DNA of 64,000 bases from Savitreella phatthalungensis (Eukaryota). The position numbers and the translations under genes were made by a program. Each line of letters begins with the position of its first letter. Within the stretch, counting starts at the first letter, position 1. Under the pieces are notes generated by a model that did not search any database, was not told where the DNA came from, and saw only the letters and a list, made by a program, of their open reading frames with translations. Where the stretch lies: NCBI GenBank assembly GCA_051599415.1, contig AP039707.1, positions 186,001-250,000 on the forward strand, read 5' to 3'. This document shows, one piece after another, positions 54,105 to 64,000 of the stretch.

Positions 54105-55397
54105 ATGCCCCCAAGGAGATCTGAATTGGATGCGCAAGCGTACATCTTCGAGGTCAGGCAGCAACCACGTGCCGCACGCGCATGCGGCAATGCCAACAAA
54201 CCTGACAGACGACCGATAGACCCTGTGATCGTGCTTCAACTCGTGCCGCGCTATGAGGGTCAGGCAGCTAGGAGGCTATGCCGTGCCACGATGGCGTGTC
54301 ACGCCTGTCTGCTGTCGGCTGACACCACAAGTCAATCAGAGGATGAGACAAGCAGAACGCGACTAACAAATCTCTTGACAGGAACAACGCTTGCATCAGC
54401 ATCTTTTCTCAAAATTGCTGACAATGACGACCGGCGCGGCGCATTCTTTGTCTTCGGAGATCTGAATGTTCGCACTGAAGGACGCTACAGGCTACGATTC
54501 GAAGCTTTCGAGATCGGATCCGAAAGAGCAACACACTTGGCGAGCTGTGTGTCGGACGTTTTCACGGTGTATGCAGCCAAACGATTCCCGGGCATGTCCG
54601 AGAGCACGGAGCTTTCGCGGCATTTCGCCGGACAGGGCCTAAAGATCCGCATACGACGTGATGTTCGAACCCGAAAGGAGGACTCAGCAGATTCGAAAAA
54701 TCTGCACTTTCACAGTAATCGACGAAGTCACGCATCGCAGCTGTCCAGCTCAAAAACACCTCACACTGATGATGTGCGTTCGACTGCGCAGGTCGGTTCC
54801 TTCGACGCAACCGGCCGATATTCACAGCACAGTGTAGATTGGCGGACTCACACTCCACAATCTGCGTCTCAGTCGTGGCCCCAACAGTCCGTGCTGACAG
54901 ATAGACCTCCACCAAGCATGCTTCCACCACCGCTGATGCAGACTCAGAACGCGAGCAACATGGCTCAATCGCACCAGCAGTCTGGGCAAGTAGCGCTGCC
55001 AATAGCGGCACCGTATCCGCATAATATGTTTTCTCGATTCGGTGCGTCTTCAGGCGGTCCTCTGATCCCGCTGAATGAGGCCTACCGGCGACCGCCATTA
55101 CTGAATTTTGACGCGCAAATTTCGTGGCCGATGCCTAAGCCAGACTCTCAGAATCCTGGTGGCTATCTCGCCAATCACAACGTAAATAGCCACGACGCGG
55201 GTCGAAGAGACTTACTGGGGAATTACTCTCCAGCTGCGCAGCAGCAGTCGCATCAGCAGCCTTATATGCAACAATCTACCCTATCTTTGAGTCAGCATCC
55301 ACAGCAGCTTCAGCCGCCACCTTTGCACCTGCAAAACCATAATATGAATCACAACAGATATGACTGGCAGCACGACAAGTCGGGTAGCACTCAATGA
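54105..55397 (+). CDS. Velvet-domain regulator (VosA-like architecture: N-terminal velvet domain plus Q/P/S-rich tail)
   Basis: EVRQQPRAARACG, DRRPIDP, GAFFVFGDLNVRTEGRYRLRF, SDVFTVYAAKRFPGMSESTELSRHFAGQGLKIRIRR. Confidence 0.9.
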   Translation: MPPRRSELDAQAYIFEVRQQPRAARACGNANKPDRRPIDPVIVLQLVPRYEGQAARRLCRATMACHACLLSADTTSQSEDETSRTRLTNLLTGTTLASASFLKIADNDDRRGAFFVFGDLNVRTEGRYRLRFEAFEIGSERATHLASCVSDVFTVYAAKRFPGMSESTELSRHFAGQGLKIRIRRDVRTRKEDSADSKNLHFHSNRRSHASQLSSSKTPHTDDVRSTAQVGSFDATGRYSQHSVDWRTHTPQSASQSWPQQSVLTDRPPPSMLPPPLMQTQNASNMAQSHQQSGQVALPIAAPYPHNMFSRFGASSGGPLIPLNEAYRRPPLLNFDAQISWPMPKPDSQNPGGYLANHNVNSHDAGRRDLLGNYSPAAQQQSHQQPYMQQSTLSLSQHPQQLQPPPLHLQNHNMNHNRYDWQHDKSGSTQ

Positions 55398-56060
55398 AAG
55401 CATTATCAACTTCACCGCGCTTTCCACTCATGAGCAGATATAGCCAGCGCTCGTGGACAGATCTGCGCATAACGTCATCAGTAGAAATCTCGAGCCTTGT
55501 GTGCCAGAGCGCTTCAAGTCTACTCTGTACAGTGTATGACAGCGCGTATATGGCGATCTAGTCAATGACGATAAGACCAGTGTATATTTGACTATCATAG
55601 AACACGAGGATGGTTGAGGCGAAAATACCCCTAGTCTGTAAAGATACGTCCAATGCTGAATGTTTCCAGACAGTGCGACTCAGAATCGAGAATTTTGGGA
55701 GTTCTCATTTCCCAATGTTGCAATGCTCAATGTCCGCGAAATCCAGACTGATGATCGCGAATGTCCGGTCCGCTTGCACGTCACACGTTCAGACAGTCGT
55801 CCGAGGTCGTTTGATGTCGCATGCCGGGGCCGTCCATAGTCTTGTTCAGCCACTCGTGGCGCACGATGCATAATTCCAATATAGCAGCAATATGTGCAAC
55901 CTAATAGGTCCGGACAGATGCACATCCTGGCTTTTCCCGTCAAAACACCACGTTAGAAATCAACTTGAAGAATCGCGTTTCTGCTCGTGATCTTATCTAC
56001 TGAGCTGTTCACATCGTCACGCTCTCGTTACGCTCTAGCCCGCGATTATCGTTCGAAGTC

Positions 56061-56750
56061 ATGGCTCAGGGCTGGTTTAGCGGACTCAAGCGCGCATGGT
56101 CCGAAGCCCTTGCGGAATTCGAACAGAGCTCGCGAAGGGATGGCCGCGACCATACGAGGATTCGCAAAGAGCTAAGGACGCGATCAAAACCGCGCGCGCA
56201 AAAGACCGCTCCCGCCACGACAATCCTCAGCGAGAGTTTCCTCTCCACCTACGACGATGGGAAGTCTGATGAAAGTAGACTCAGACTTGAGCTGAGGACT
56301 GCAAATGAGATCATATCGCGTCTCGAACAGCGTGTCGAGCAAGCTGAGCTTCAAGCGTCAGCCTACAGAAACGAATTGCTTGCGCTACGCAAGCGCCACG
56401 AGATCGATGCACCGATTGCTAAGCCAGCCAAAGTGGACAACTCAACTAACAGTGTGAATGTCGCGTATGATAGCGACACAGACAGCCGCGCCAATGCTCC
56501 CGACCTAACTAACGAAGATGATGCTCCAGCGGATTCCCCCGGGATGGTAGCATCCGCGGTCTCTCCAGAGGCGGCTCCACCTCCGGTGTCTCCGAGCGCA
56601 GCGTCAACTGCGGACGCGCCACAGGCGGACATGACTTTGCGCGACGCGCGTAATAATGCTGACGTCTCGGCTGACGATTCTGCTCTGCTCGAGTTGAGCC
56701 CGGTCAAGCTAGACTACAGCCGCTTTTCCGCGACTGGCGATTCTCGTTGA
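56061..56750 (+). CDS. Hypothetical coiled-coil, low-complexity protein
   Basis: 229-aa ATG ORF with the heptad stretch LRLELRTANEIISRLEQRVEQAEL. Confidence 0.55.
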   Translation: MAQGWFSGLKRAWSEALAEFEQSSRRDGRDHTRIRKELRTRSKPRAQKTAPATTILSESFLSTYDDGKSDESRLRLELRTANEIISRLEQRVEQAELQASAYRNELLALRKRHEIDAPIAKPAKVDNSTNSVNVAYDSDTDSRANAPDLTNEDDAPADSPGMVASAVSPEAAPPPVSPSAASTADAPQADMTLRDARNNADVSADDSALLELSPVKLDYSRFSATGDSR

Positions 56751-56902
56751 CTGTGATTGGTAGATCAGCAATTGAATTGATCGCTCTGATAAGCGCATGG
56801 CCTGTTATCGGATCGATTCATACATAGCTTAAATCGGCACACGACCCTGTAACATTTGGAACTAGACGCGTAGGTCATAGCGCATTCATAGTCCATTGAG
56901 GG

Positions 56903-57814
56903 ATGGGCGCGCACCATCTGCCAAGGGGCTGCGCTGCGACAGATGCATTCGGGCACAACGTCTCGCGCATCGTCGAGCGCCTGACAGGTGAATGTGTCTA
57001 TGGTAATCGGGCTCTTTTCAGCTGGTCAGTCGGATGGATGAGTCTGGCCTGCTGGCTCCAGGCGCAGATTCCACAGGTATTGCTCAACATACAGCGTGGA
57101 TCGGCCGAGGGAATTTCTGCGAGCTTTCTGCTAATCTGGCTCGTCGGCGACATCGCAAATCTAGTGGGATGCATCATGACTGAGCAGCTGCCCTTTCAGA
57201 CCTTACTAGCATTGTACTACTGCTTCGTCGACTCTTGCTTGGTGGTCCAGTACGTATGGTACACATTAATGCGCCAACAGGCACCCCTGATCGACGGTAT
57301 CGAGCCGCGCGGCACACACGGCGCAGGGCTTTCGCGGCTCAGAGGCAGTTTTTCGTCCCTCTTCAAAGCTGCAATCATACCGGGCGCTCATGCTGCGCCT
57401 CTCTTCGCGCCGATACTCGATCTCTACACCCTGGGAACGGCTGCATCATGGCTGTCATCTGTTCTTTATCTAACATCGCGCGTGCCGCAAATCCGCCTTA
57501 ATTGGCAGCGGAAGTCCACATTCGGCACGAGCATCTTGCTTTTCACGGCCGCGTTTTTCGGTAACTTGTGCTATACATTGAGCATCCTCACGAGCCCATA
57601 TGCGTCAAGTGAGTACGGGCAAAGTAGCGACGAGATCCGCGGTTTCCTTTTCGCCGCGCTTCCTTTCTTAATCGGCGCCTCAGGGACGCTTGTATTCGAC
57701 GCTGTGATAGGGGCTCAATGGTTGATCTATCGTCCGCGCGGCCAAGGACGAATCTTAACGGCCGAACGTCTCTCGTACGGTACATTTGCTGATGTCGATT
57801 GGATCTTGTCATGA
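56903..57814 (+). CDS. PQ-loop vacuolar cationic amino acid transporter (YPQ/PQLC2 family)
   Basis: Two PQ loops (AQIPQVLLN..SAEGIS; SRVPQIRLN..KSTFG) and multiple TM segments. Confidence 0.88.
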   Translation: MGAHHLPRGCAATDAFGHNVSRIVERLTGECVYGNRALFSWSVGWMSLACWLQAQIPQVLLNIQRGSAEGISASFLLIWLVGDIANLVGCIMTEQLPFQTLLALYYCFVDSCLVVQYVWYTLMRQQAPLIDGIEPRGTHGAGLSRLRGSFSSLFKAAIIPGAHAAPLFAPILDLYTLGTAASWLSSVLYLTSRVPQIRLNWQRKSTFGTSILLFTAAFFGNLCYTLSILTSPYASSEYGQSSDEIRGFLFAALPFLIGASGTLVFDAVIGAQWLIYRPRGQGRILTAERLSYGTFADVDWILS

Positions 57815-57865
57815 GTATCTCGAATAGAAATGAATGAATGAGTGATCAAATAAATGAGGTGTATT

Positions 57866-59632
57866 TTACACTTGTCGCCGTGACTCTATCTGTCCGCCAA
57901 CGATGACTTCCTCCACGAAAACATCTGTCTTTTCATCCCAGCTGAACTTCACCAGATCTGCACTGAAAGACCTCGGAACGATACAATACACCACTTCGAG
58001 AGGCACATCGAGTGCCGTTGCCTGGTGCGGCGTAAGGTTGAGGAAGTAGGAGAGTAAGATTCGGGAAATCACGCGGTGAGAGATCATGAGAATGTGATGC
58101 GCGGCACGTTCCGTCTCGACGATGATTGGATTGAGACGATGAACGACGTCAAGATAAGACTCGCCGGCAACGCCGGGATATCGGTAGTGCAATTTGTCTG
58201 CTTGCCGACTGGCAAATTCGCGCGGGAACTGCTGCTGAATCTCAGCATATGTCATCCGCTCCATGATACCGCTGTTGATTTCGTCCATGATTCTGAAGGA
58301 TTTCACGTCGTAAATGGCTTCGTCAAAATCCATGGCACTGTCCTTCGAGCGAGATAGCGAAGAAGTCCAGACCGAGAATGACTTCTCGGCTGGCGGCAAT
58401 TCATGGTGATAGTAACCATCACGGGGTGTTGGGTTCTCCGTCCAATGATCGAGCTCGTTCGGAATGATACGTGGATGCGAACGCCACTGTTCCAGCTGGT
58501 GCTGTCGGAAGCGCAAACGCTGCTCGTCAACCAGCCGCGCAAGAGCAGCCGCATACTTCCGCCCGCGTGGAGTGAGAGGAGCATCGCCGCCGATCCTGCC
58601 TTCCACATTATCTTGCGACTCACCGTGTCGAGTGATGAAGATCAAGCGCTCTGCGAGATTGAAGTTCAGAAGGAAGCCCACAGCCTGGCTAGCAAGAAAG
58701 CCCATGATGTTGTGTGAGATGATCTTCTTGCCAACATTGATCATCTTACAAAAGCTGACGTTGTCTCGTTCTTCCTCTTCGCCAATCGTCTCGTAGGCAC
58801 GCTCATAATTGCGCACCCTTGCCTTGAAGTCCTTCAAAGCGACCACCGGATTCATGTCGCGATAGTCCGGTCCTCCTAGTTTGAGCCGCATATTCGCCTC
58901 GAGCAACTCACTGTCCGTACAAATACTCTCAAGGTAGAGAACTTTGAGATCGGCCTCGACTGCTATTCGTCGATTGATGGCATTTCTGCGCGACCGAGTG
59001 CTGTTCGTAGCATCAAATATGCCTACTGTCCCGTCCTCATGCACGATCCAATGCACAAGACTCTCGAGCGTCTCCATGGCGAGCTTCTCTCGCGTCTGCC
59101 TGGCACTCTCGTTATCCACATCGAAGAAATCTGCGTCCTGCTTCGCCTGCACGTTCCGCCGCCGCCTATCACCACAATTGAATATGCGACATTGGTGTCC
59201 TTGCCAATTGAAATACCTTGCGAGCTTTTTAACGATGTAGGATTTGCCGCGTGCAGGAAGGCCGACCATGACAATAACAAGTTTTGACGCCGTCTGATGG
59301 ACGGCACCATCTGGACTGATCTTCGAGCGCGTCACGCCTGGGACGGCTAGCGTCTGAGCTCGTGGCAACAGTCTAGGTGAGTTTGGAGCGGTCTGCGCAG
59401 GCGTCGCAGAGGTCGACCGCGTCGCCGGTGTATCGCTCGCCCTGCTTGTCAAGTTATGTTCACGAGTTAGGGCAGTCTTCTGAAGGAGGAAACGCGTGTG
59501 CTCGATCGCATCATCATTGGTCGGCGGAGAAAGCGAGACATTCGATGATGCACGCCGATGATGCCGCTTCACTATCGGACGATTGTGCATGCCGGGAACC
59601 AGAAAGTCCGAAGGCGTAGCAGGATGGCTCAT
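57866..59632 (-). CDS. PFK26: 6-phosphofructo-2-kinase/fructose-2,6-bisphosphatase (Pfk26-like)
   Basis: IVMVGLPARGKSY, IFDATNST, ITRHGES, RYPGVAGESYLDV. Confidence 0.92.
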   Translation of the reverse strand: MSHPATPSDFLVPGMHNRPIVKRHHRRASSNVSLSPPTNDDAIEHTRFLLQKTALTREHNLTSRASDTPATRSTSATPAQTAPNSPRLLPRAQTLAVPGVTRSKISPDGAVHQTASKLVIVMVGLPARGKSYIVKKLARYFNWQGHQCRIFNCGDRRRRNVQAKQDADFFDVDNESARQTREKLAMETLESLVHWIVHEDGTVGIFDATNSTRSRRNAINRRIAVEADLKVLYLESICTDSELLEANMRLKLGGPDYRDMNPVVALKDFKARVRNYERAYETIGEEEERDNVSFCKMINVGKKIISHNIMGFLASQAVGFLLNFNLAERLIFITRHGESQDNVEGRIGGDAPLTPRGRKYAAALARLVDEQRLRFRQHQLEQWRSHPRIIPNELDHWTENPTPRDGYYHHELPPAEKSFSVWTSSLSRSKDSAMDFDEAIYDVKSFRIMDEINSGIMERMTYAEIQQQFPREFASRQADKLHYRYPGVAGESYLDVVHRLNPIIVETERAAHHILMISHRVISRILLSYFLNLTPHQATALDVPLEVVYCIVPRSFSADLVKFSWDEKTDVFVEEVIVGGQIESRRQV

Positions 59633-60149
59633 CTTCTCGACGTTGCAAGTTCTGACCCATAATTTTTTGTGATGATCAGGTCAATTGTATCGGGATCACT
59701 CAAATCTGGTCTTGAACACTAGAAAGCACGTGCAGATTGCGAATCACTGATTTACTGGATATCGAGTATACTCAAACACATGCGTACCCGTCTCCAAAGG
59801 CGTAGCGGCAAAGGCGGCTTTCGAAGGCCATAATCAGTTGCAGGTGATGGGCCGCCTGCATATATTCGTGAGCGACCGGCTTTCCCGGTTCTCGGCTTGT
59901 ACTACTTTACTCAAGGATCTTCGTCGCTGCGCTGCTGAAGAGTGGGATATCCGGGGTTGACCAATCACATTTCAGTTCTTGCCTCGAATCCTCGTCATAC
60001 ACCCCGCGCTGATTGGCTGTACATTCGAATTCCGCCAAAGCCGCACTTCCTACGGGGCAAGACTTGAAGCCAGCATCAGGCCAAGTCGACTATAAGAAGG
60101 CAAGTATGTTCCTCATCAATTATGGTATTAACGTCAAAGCCATAGTGAG

Positions 60150-61364
60150 ATGTTTTCACGCACAGTACAAAGATCCGCTCGCAATGCAAGGAGTTTCACT
60201 GCTGGCCGCCCAGCCAGCATGAAAGTGCTCGGCGTGTTCTACAAAGGTGGTGAGCATGCCAAGGAGCAGCCGAAGCTTCTCGGCACAATCGAAAACCAGC
60301 TGGGCATTCGAGAATGGCTCGAGTCACAGGGACACGAATACGTTGTCACCGATGACAAGGAAGGATCCAGTTCTACTTTCGACAAAGAGCTCGTTGATGC
60401 GGACGTTATCATCACGACTCCATTCCATCCCGGATACATCACTCGCGAGCGTATTGCAAAGGCTAAGAACCTGAAGGCTTGTATCACCGCCGGTATCGGT
60501 TCTGACCATGTGGATCTGAATGCGGCAAACGAGCGGAAGATTGGTGTATACGAGGTTACGGGCTCTAACGTCGTGTCTGTGGCTGAGCACGTCGTCATGA
60601 CTATTCTCGCTCTCGTTCGTAATTTCGTGCCTTCACACGAGATGATTGTGAATGGCGACTGGGAAGTTGCAGCCGTTGCGAGGAACTCATACGATCTCGA
60701 GGGCAAGGTGGTCGCTACTGTTGGCGTCGGACGTATCGGTGAGCGTGTGCTCCGTCGGCTGAAGCCATTCGACTGCAAGGAGCTGCTCTACTACGACTAC
60801 GCATCCCTGCCCGCCGATGTCGAGAAGGAGCTGGGAGCCCGCCGCGTCGAATCTCTGGAAGAGATGGTTGCACAGGCAGATGTTGTCACCATCAACTGCC
60901 CTCTGCATGAGGGCACGAAAGGTCTGTTCAACAAGAACCTTCTCTCCAAGATGAAGAAGGGCGCCTGGTTAGTCAACACGGCCCGTGGCGCTATCTGCAA
61001 TGCCCAGGACGTCGCAGATGCCGTCAAATCAGGTCACTTGGCCGGCTACGGTGGCGACGTCTGGCCATACCAGCCTGCACCAAAGGATGCTCCTTGGCGG
61101 TCGATGTTCTACAAGGACTCGCAGGCACAAGGCGGCAACGCCATGACACCACATATGTCAGGTACTTCCCTCGACGCGCAGCAACGTTATGCAGCAGGCA
61201 CGAAGAAGATCCTGGACAACTTCTTCAAGAAGCAGGCCCAGACACCAGCTGATGTGATCGTCGAGAACGGTGATTATGCTTCAAAGGCATACGGACAGCG
61301 TGATCAGCTGAAGGACAAGGTTGCTGGATTCCGCGGTTACGACGAGAAGAACAAGCGTGGATAA
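60150..61364 (+). CDS. FDH1: NAD-dependent formate dehydrogenase with an N-terminal mitochondrial-type presequence
   Basis: [59 protein letters not shown]. Confidence 0.96.
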   Translation: MFSRTVQRSARNARSFTAGRPASMKVLGVFYKGGEHAKEQPKLLGTIENQLGIREWLESQGHEYVVTDDKEGSSSTFDKELVDADVIITTPFHPGYITRERIAKAKNLKACITAGIGSDHVDLNAANERKIGVYEVTGSNVVSVAEHVVMTILALVRNFVPSHEMIVNGDWEVAAVARNSYDLEGKVVATVGVGRIGERVLRRLKPFDCKELLYYDYASLPADVEKELGARRVESLEEMVAQADVVTINCPLHEGTKGLFNKNLLSKMKKGAWLVNTARGAICNAQDVADAVKSGHLAGYGGDVWPYQPAPKDAPWRSMFYKDSQAQGGNAMTPHMSGTSLDAQQRYAAGTKKILDNFFKKQAQTPADVIVENGDYASKAYGQRDQLKDKVAGFRGYDEKNKRG

Positions 61365-61380
61365 GTAAGCATTTAAATTT

Positions 61381-63948
61381 TCATAGTTGTGGACGAATGA
61401 GAATCTGCTTTGATGATGCTTCGACTTCGAGTTCAACGTCGAGTGTATGTGAACGGCAAATCGGCATTGTCAAGAAACCAGAGGAGATTGGTAGGAAGGT
61501 ACTTTCGATGGAGGCCCCGGGATGCAATTCCATTGATTTCTGCGTGACCAGCATCCACTGATTGATGTTGTACTCGATGTCCACTTGAATGACTTTTTCC
61601 AGGTTTCCCTTTACAGAGAAGCAGATACTGCCGACGTCGCCTTCAAACCAGTCCTGCTGTTTGACAGTGGCGTCGATGACGATAGTGATGCGCGGACGAT
61701 GAGATTGGTACTTGATCACTTCGGTCATCGTACTGTCACGGCAGCCAAAGATTTCCGCCCTCCAGAAGTCGGCATGCTCGCGGAGAGAGTCGCGCAGTTG
61801 TTTGGGAACATCCAGTTCGAGACTTAGCTCGTGGTCCTGCCGAGCATTGTACTCGAGCCGTGGCCAGACATTTTCCAATACGACCCGCGCCTCGGCATAT
61901 CCATCAGGGACCACCAACTCATCTCGCAAGGTCACCTCGACTGTGATCTCGTCCTCGACCGATTTAAGCTTGTGTCCAAACTTCTCGGTCGGTCTGAGGA
62001 GCGTCTCCCCTGTCCAAATATTTTCCCGAGCCACGATTTTCAGCAAGCGAAGAGGCCTGTTGCTGATGTTCGATATCAGTATGTACAATAGGCCAGGCGA
62101 GCAGTCCTCGATCTCAATCCTCAGCGCTGATCTTGCTGGATTATAGTGCGCCTGCTTGACCTGCGAATCTGGGAGCTCGAGCGTCGTAAATATTCTGGAT
62201 TGGAGGGCGATCGCGTGAAAACGATCGACAATTTCGAGTTGCTCGGAGATCACGTTCATAGAATCACTCTTAAGGTCCACGTATCTTAGATCCGCGTTTG
62301 GACGACGCCTGGGTGGACTCAGAAGGCACTTAGGAACGCCGGGTGGTAGAACCAGCGTGAAGGCGGGCTCGTTGAACCTGTGGTCGAGCTCGAGCATGCC
62401 CAATTGAACCTTGAGGCTTCGAGCTTCAACCGGACCCTCGACGTATAGGTTGCAGCTTAATTCGATCGTTTGCGAAGAAGACACAATGTTGGTCGAATCC
62501 GTATACTCGACGGGTCCAAAATCACCGCTATCAAGGATTAGCGTGAGCTGCGCCGGTCCGAGAGGCACTCGCCACGCTGACTCTAGGACGACGGCAAGCC
62601 TACCCGATCGAACTGTCAACGTGATAAGACAGTGGTCCGCGAGCTCCAAAGTGCAATGAGATTGGCGCAGGTAATTAGCTGCCCGCAAGGCAAGCGTCTT
62701 ATCCGAATCACTTACAAGTCGTGCTGCCAGCTCTTGGAGCTGAGTAGATTGGCCCAGGCCGTCGAGTAGCTCGAAAGCCGTACGGCAAGACAGAGTCTTG
62801 GTACGTCCAGACATGGCACGAGCCACCAAAGTAGTAATTCGTTCTCTGCTGGTGGATATTGATTCATTCTGACCGGCCTTGCGGAGCAGGGCTGCCTGAG
62901 CACTGTCCGTCGTCCGTCTGCGCGCTGCATACTTGGCATCAACCATGACAAGCTCGAGATTCGCATCCGAAGGCTCATGTTCTAGGAGCACTGTACTCAG
63001 ATCGAGTCGTGCAGCTGCAAAATCCTCATTGTAAGAGGTATCATCAGCTCCCGCGAGCACTTCTTTGATATAGCGCACAACCCAGTGACATGCCTGCTCA
63101 TATGACAATGGTGATGTACCGGCGCGCACGCACGTGAGGAATGCTGGCAGGCAGGCCGCTGCATCTTTCAAGGCGTCCGCTTGACATTCGCGCTGTCGAT
63201 GCCATATCAGTCTGCGGGTCAAGTTACGTAGACGGTTGATAAGACCATTCCCAGGAAACGCGAGCGGACTTGAATCTAGTGTGGGCGGATCGCTTGGGAC
63301 GATGTCTCCGTCCAGCAAGCCATCCAAAAGGAGCGAGAACCTGATCGCGACCTTAAGCTGACTGTTTTGTGCCGCTGCCATACACAGCGCGTCTAGTTTG
63401 GCTGGCTCAAGCGGGACCTCGCGCATGCGGCGCTCTAGCTCTGAGAGGGCCCCCGCGCGCATGGAGCTGAGAATGGCGTTCCATTCCATCGGACCCATCG
63501 ATTCAGATATCTCGTGCAAGCTAAGATCTGATATAGTCCCGTAGTCTGTGCGGCACTTTTCAAGAAGCGTAGTCCGAGATGACAGCAGGCGCGATGCGCG
63601 CTTCTGCGACTTTTGGACGCGTCCATTGACGAGCAGGATCCTCGGACATCCAGGCGCGTCCGCACGTCGAAGCCAATCCTCGATCGCACTTTTACCACGG
63701 ATTTTGTACTCCTCGTCTTCTACAGCAAGAGTGAGTACATTGAGAACGGGCGATTCGAATGCCCCGAGCGTGCGCCTGGGTACAAGACGACTGTCGATGG
63801 CCTCAAACTCGAGAGAAGCTTGGCCATCGACGCCGAGGTCTCTCAAACCTTCTGGCCAGCTAAAATCACGAAGAGGCGCGTATCTTGTAAGCGCATCGCG
63901 CAGCAAACTGTATCCTCCGCCGTCGTGCACGCTCACCGCCAAGCGCAT
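61381..63948 (-). CDS. TRS130: TRAPP II subunit Trs130/TRAPPC10-like (divergent)
   Basis: 855-aa ORF. N-terminal APLRDFSW...EEYKIRGKSAIEDWL...TLLEKCRTDY and C-terminal FLPISSGFLTMP resemble TRAPPC10 motifs. Confidence 0.55.
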   Translation of the reverse strand: MRLAVSVHDGGGYSLLRDALTRYAPLRDFSWPEGLRDLGVDGQASLEFEAIDSRLVPRRTLGAFESPVLNVLTLAVEDEEYKIRGKSAIEDWLRRADAPGCPRILLVNGRVQKSQKRASRLLSSRTTLLEKCRTDYGTISDLSLHEISESMGPMEWNAILSSMRAGALSELERRMREVPLEPAKLDALCMAAAQNSQLKVAIRFSLLLDGLLDGDIVPSDPPTLDSSPLAFPGNGLINRLRNLTRRLIWHRQRECQADALKDAAACLPAFLTCVRAGTSPLSYEQACHWVVRYIKEVLAGADDTSYNEDFAAARLDLSTVLLEHEPSDANLELVMVDAKYAARRRTTDSAQAALLRKAGQNESISTSRERITTLVARAMSGRTKTLSCRTAFELLDGLGQSTQLQELAARLVSDSDKTLALRAANYLRQSHCTLELADHCLITLTVRSGRLAVVLESAWRVPLGPAQLTLILDSGDFGPVEYTDSTNIVSSSQTIELSCNLYVEGPVEARSLKVQLGMLELDHRFNEPAFTLVLPPGVPKCLLSPPRRRPNADLRYVDLKSDSMNVISEQLEIVDRFHAIALQSRIFTTLELPDSQVKQAHYNPARSALRIEIEDCSPGLLYILISNISNRPLRLLKIVARENIWTGETLLRPTEKFGHKLKSVEDEITVEVTLRDELVVPDGYAEARVVLENVWPRLEYNARQDHELSLELDVPKQLRDSLREHADFWRAEIFGCRDSTMTEVIKYQSHRPRITIVIDATVKQQDWFEGDVGSICFSVKGNLEKVIQVDIEYNINQWMLVTQKSMELHPGASIESTFLPISSGFLTMPICRSHTLDVELEVEASSKQILIRPQL

Positions 63949-64000
63949 ATGTCATTGATTTACGTACGCGTTTTTTAGAAAGACGAAGTGCGGTTTGGAA

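Noticed and set aside
59669..59750. C box (GTGATGA) ... D box (CTGA) spaced like a C/D snoRNA
   Set aside because: No terminal stem, no recognisable rRNA guide, and it lies in the PFK26 upstream region.

Overview
Gene-dense, intron-poor fungal (ascomycete) chromosomal segment. RPL18, ATP2 and GND1 lack introns, the few introns are 43-60 nt with GTRHGH...CTGAC...YAG signals, and GCLM, velvet and crtI are present. Together these suggest Taphrinomycotina (Taphrinales-like), which is an inference. About 34 protein genes are present, mostly housekeeping: PPR/CIA84-like, quinone oxidoreductase, MRM2, PHB2, OST3, SPP2, COG4, GCLM, phytoene desaturase, CSN3, DBP3, amine oxidase, mitochondrial carrier, RPL18, MPE1, MGA2, Yippee, GND1, ATP2, NIT3, Sim3/NASP, EOS1, NHA1, delta-12 desaturase, velvet, PQ-loop, PFK26, FDH and TRS130. 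The standout is an ornithine decarboxylase antizyme split into two ORFs and joined by a +1 programmed frameshift at an atypical UGG-GGG-UGA-G site, followed by a strong 3' hairpin. I reconstructed by hand several spliced genes that the ORF track splits or truncates. I recognised no tRNA, rRNA, transposon or CRISPR array. All product calls come from motif recognition, not database searches.
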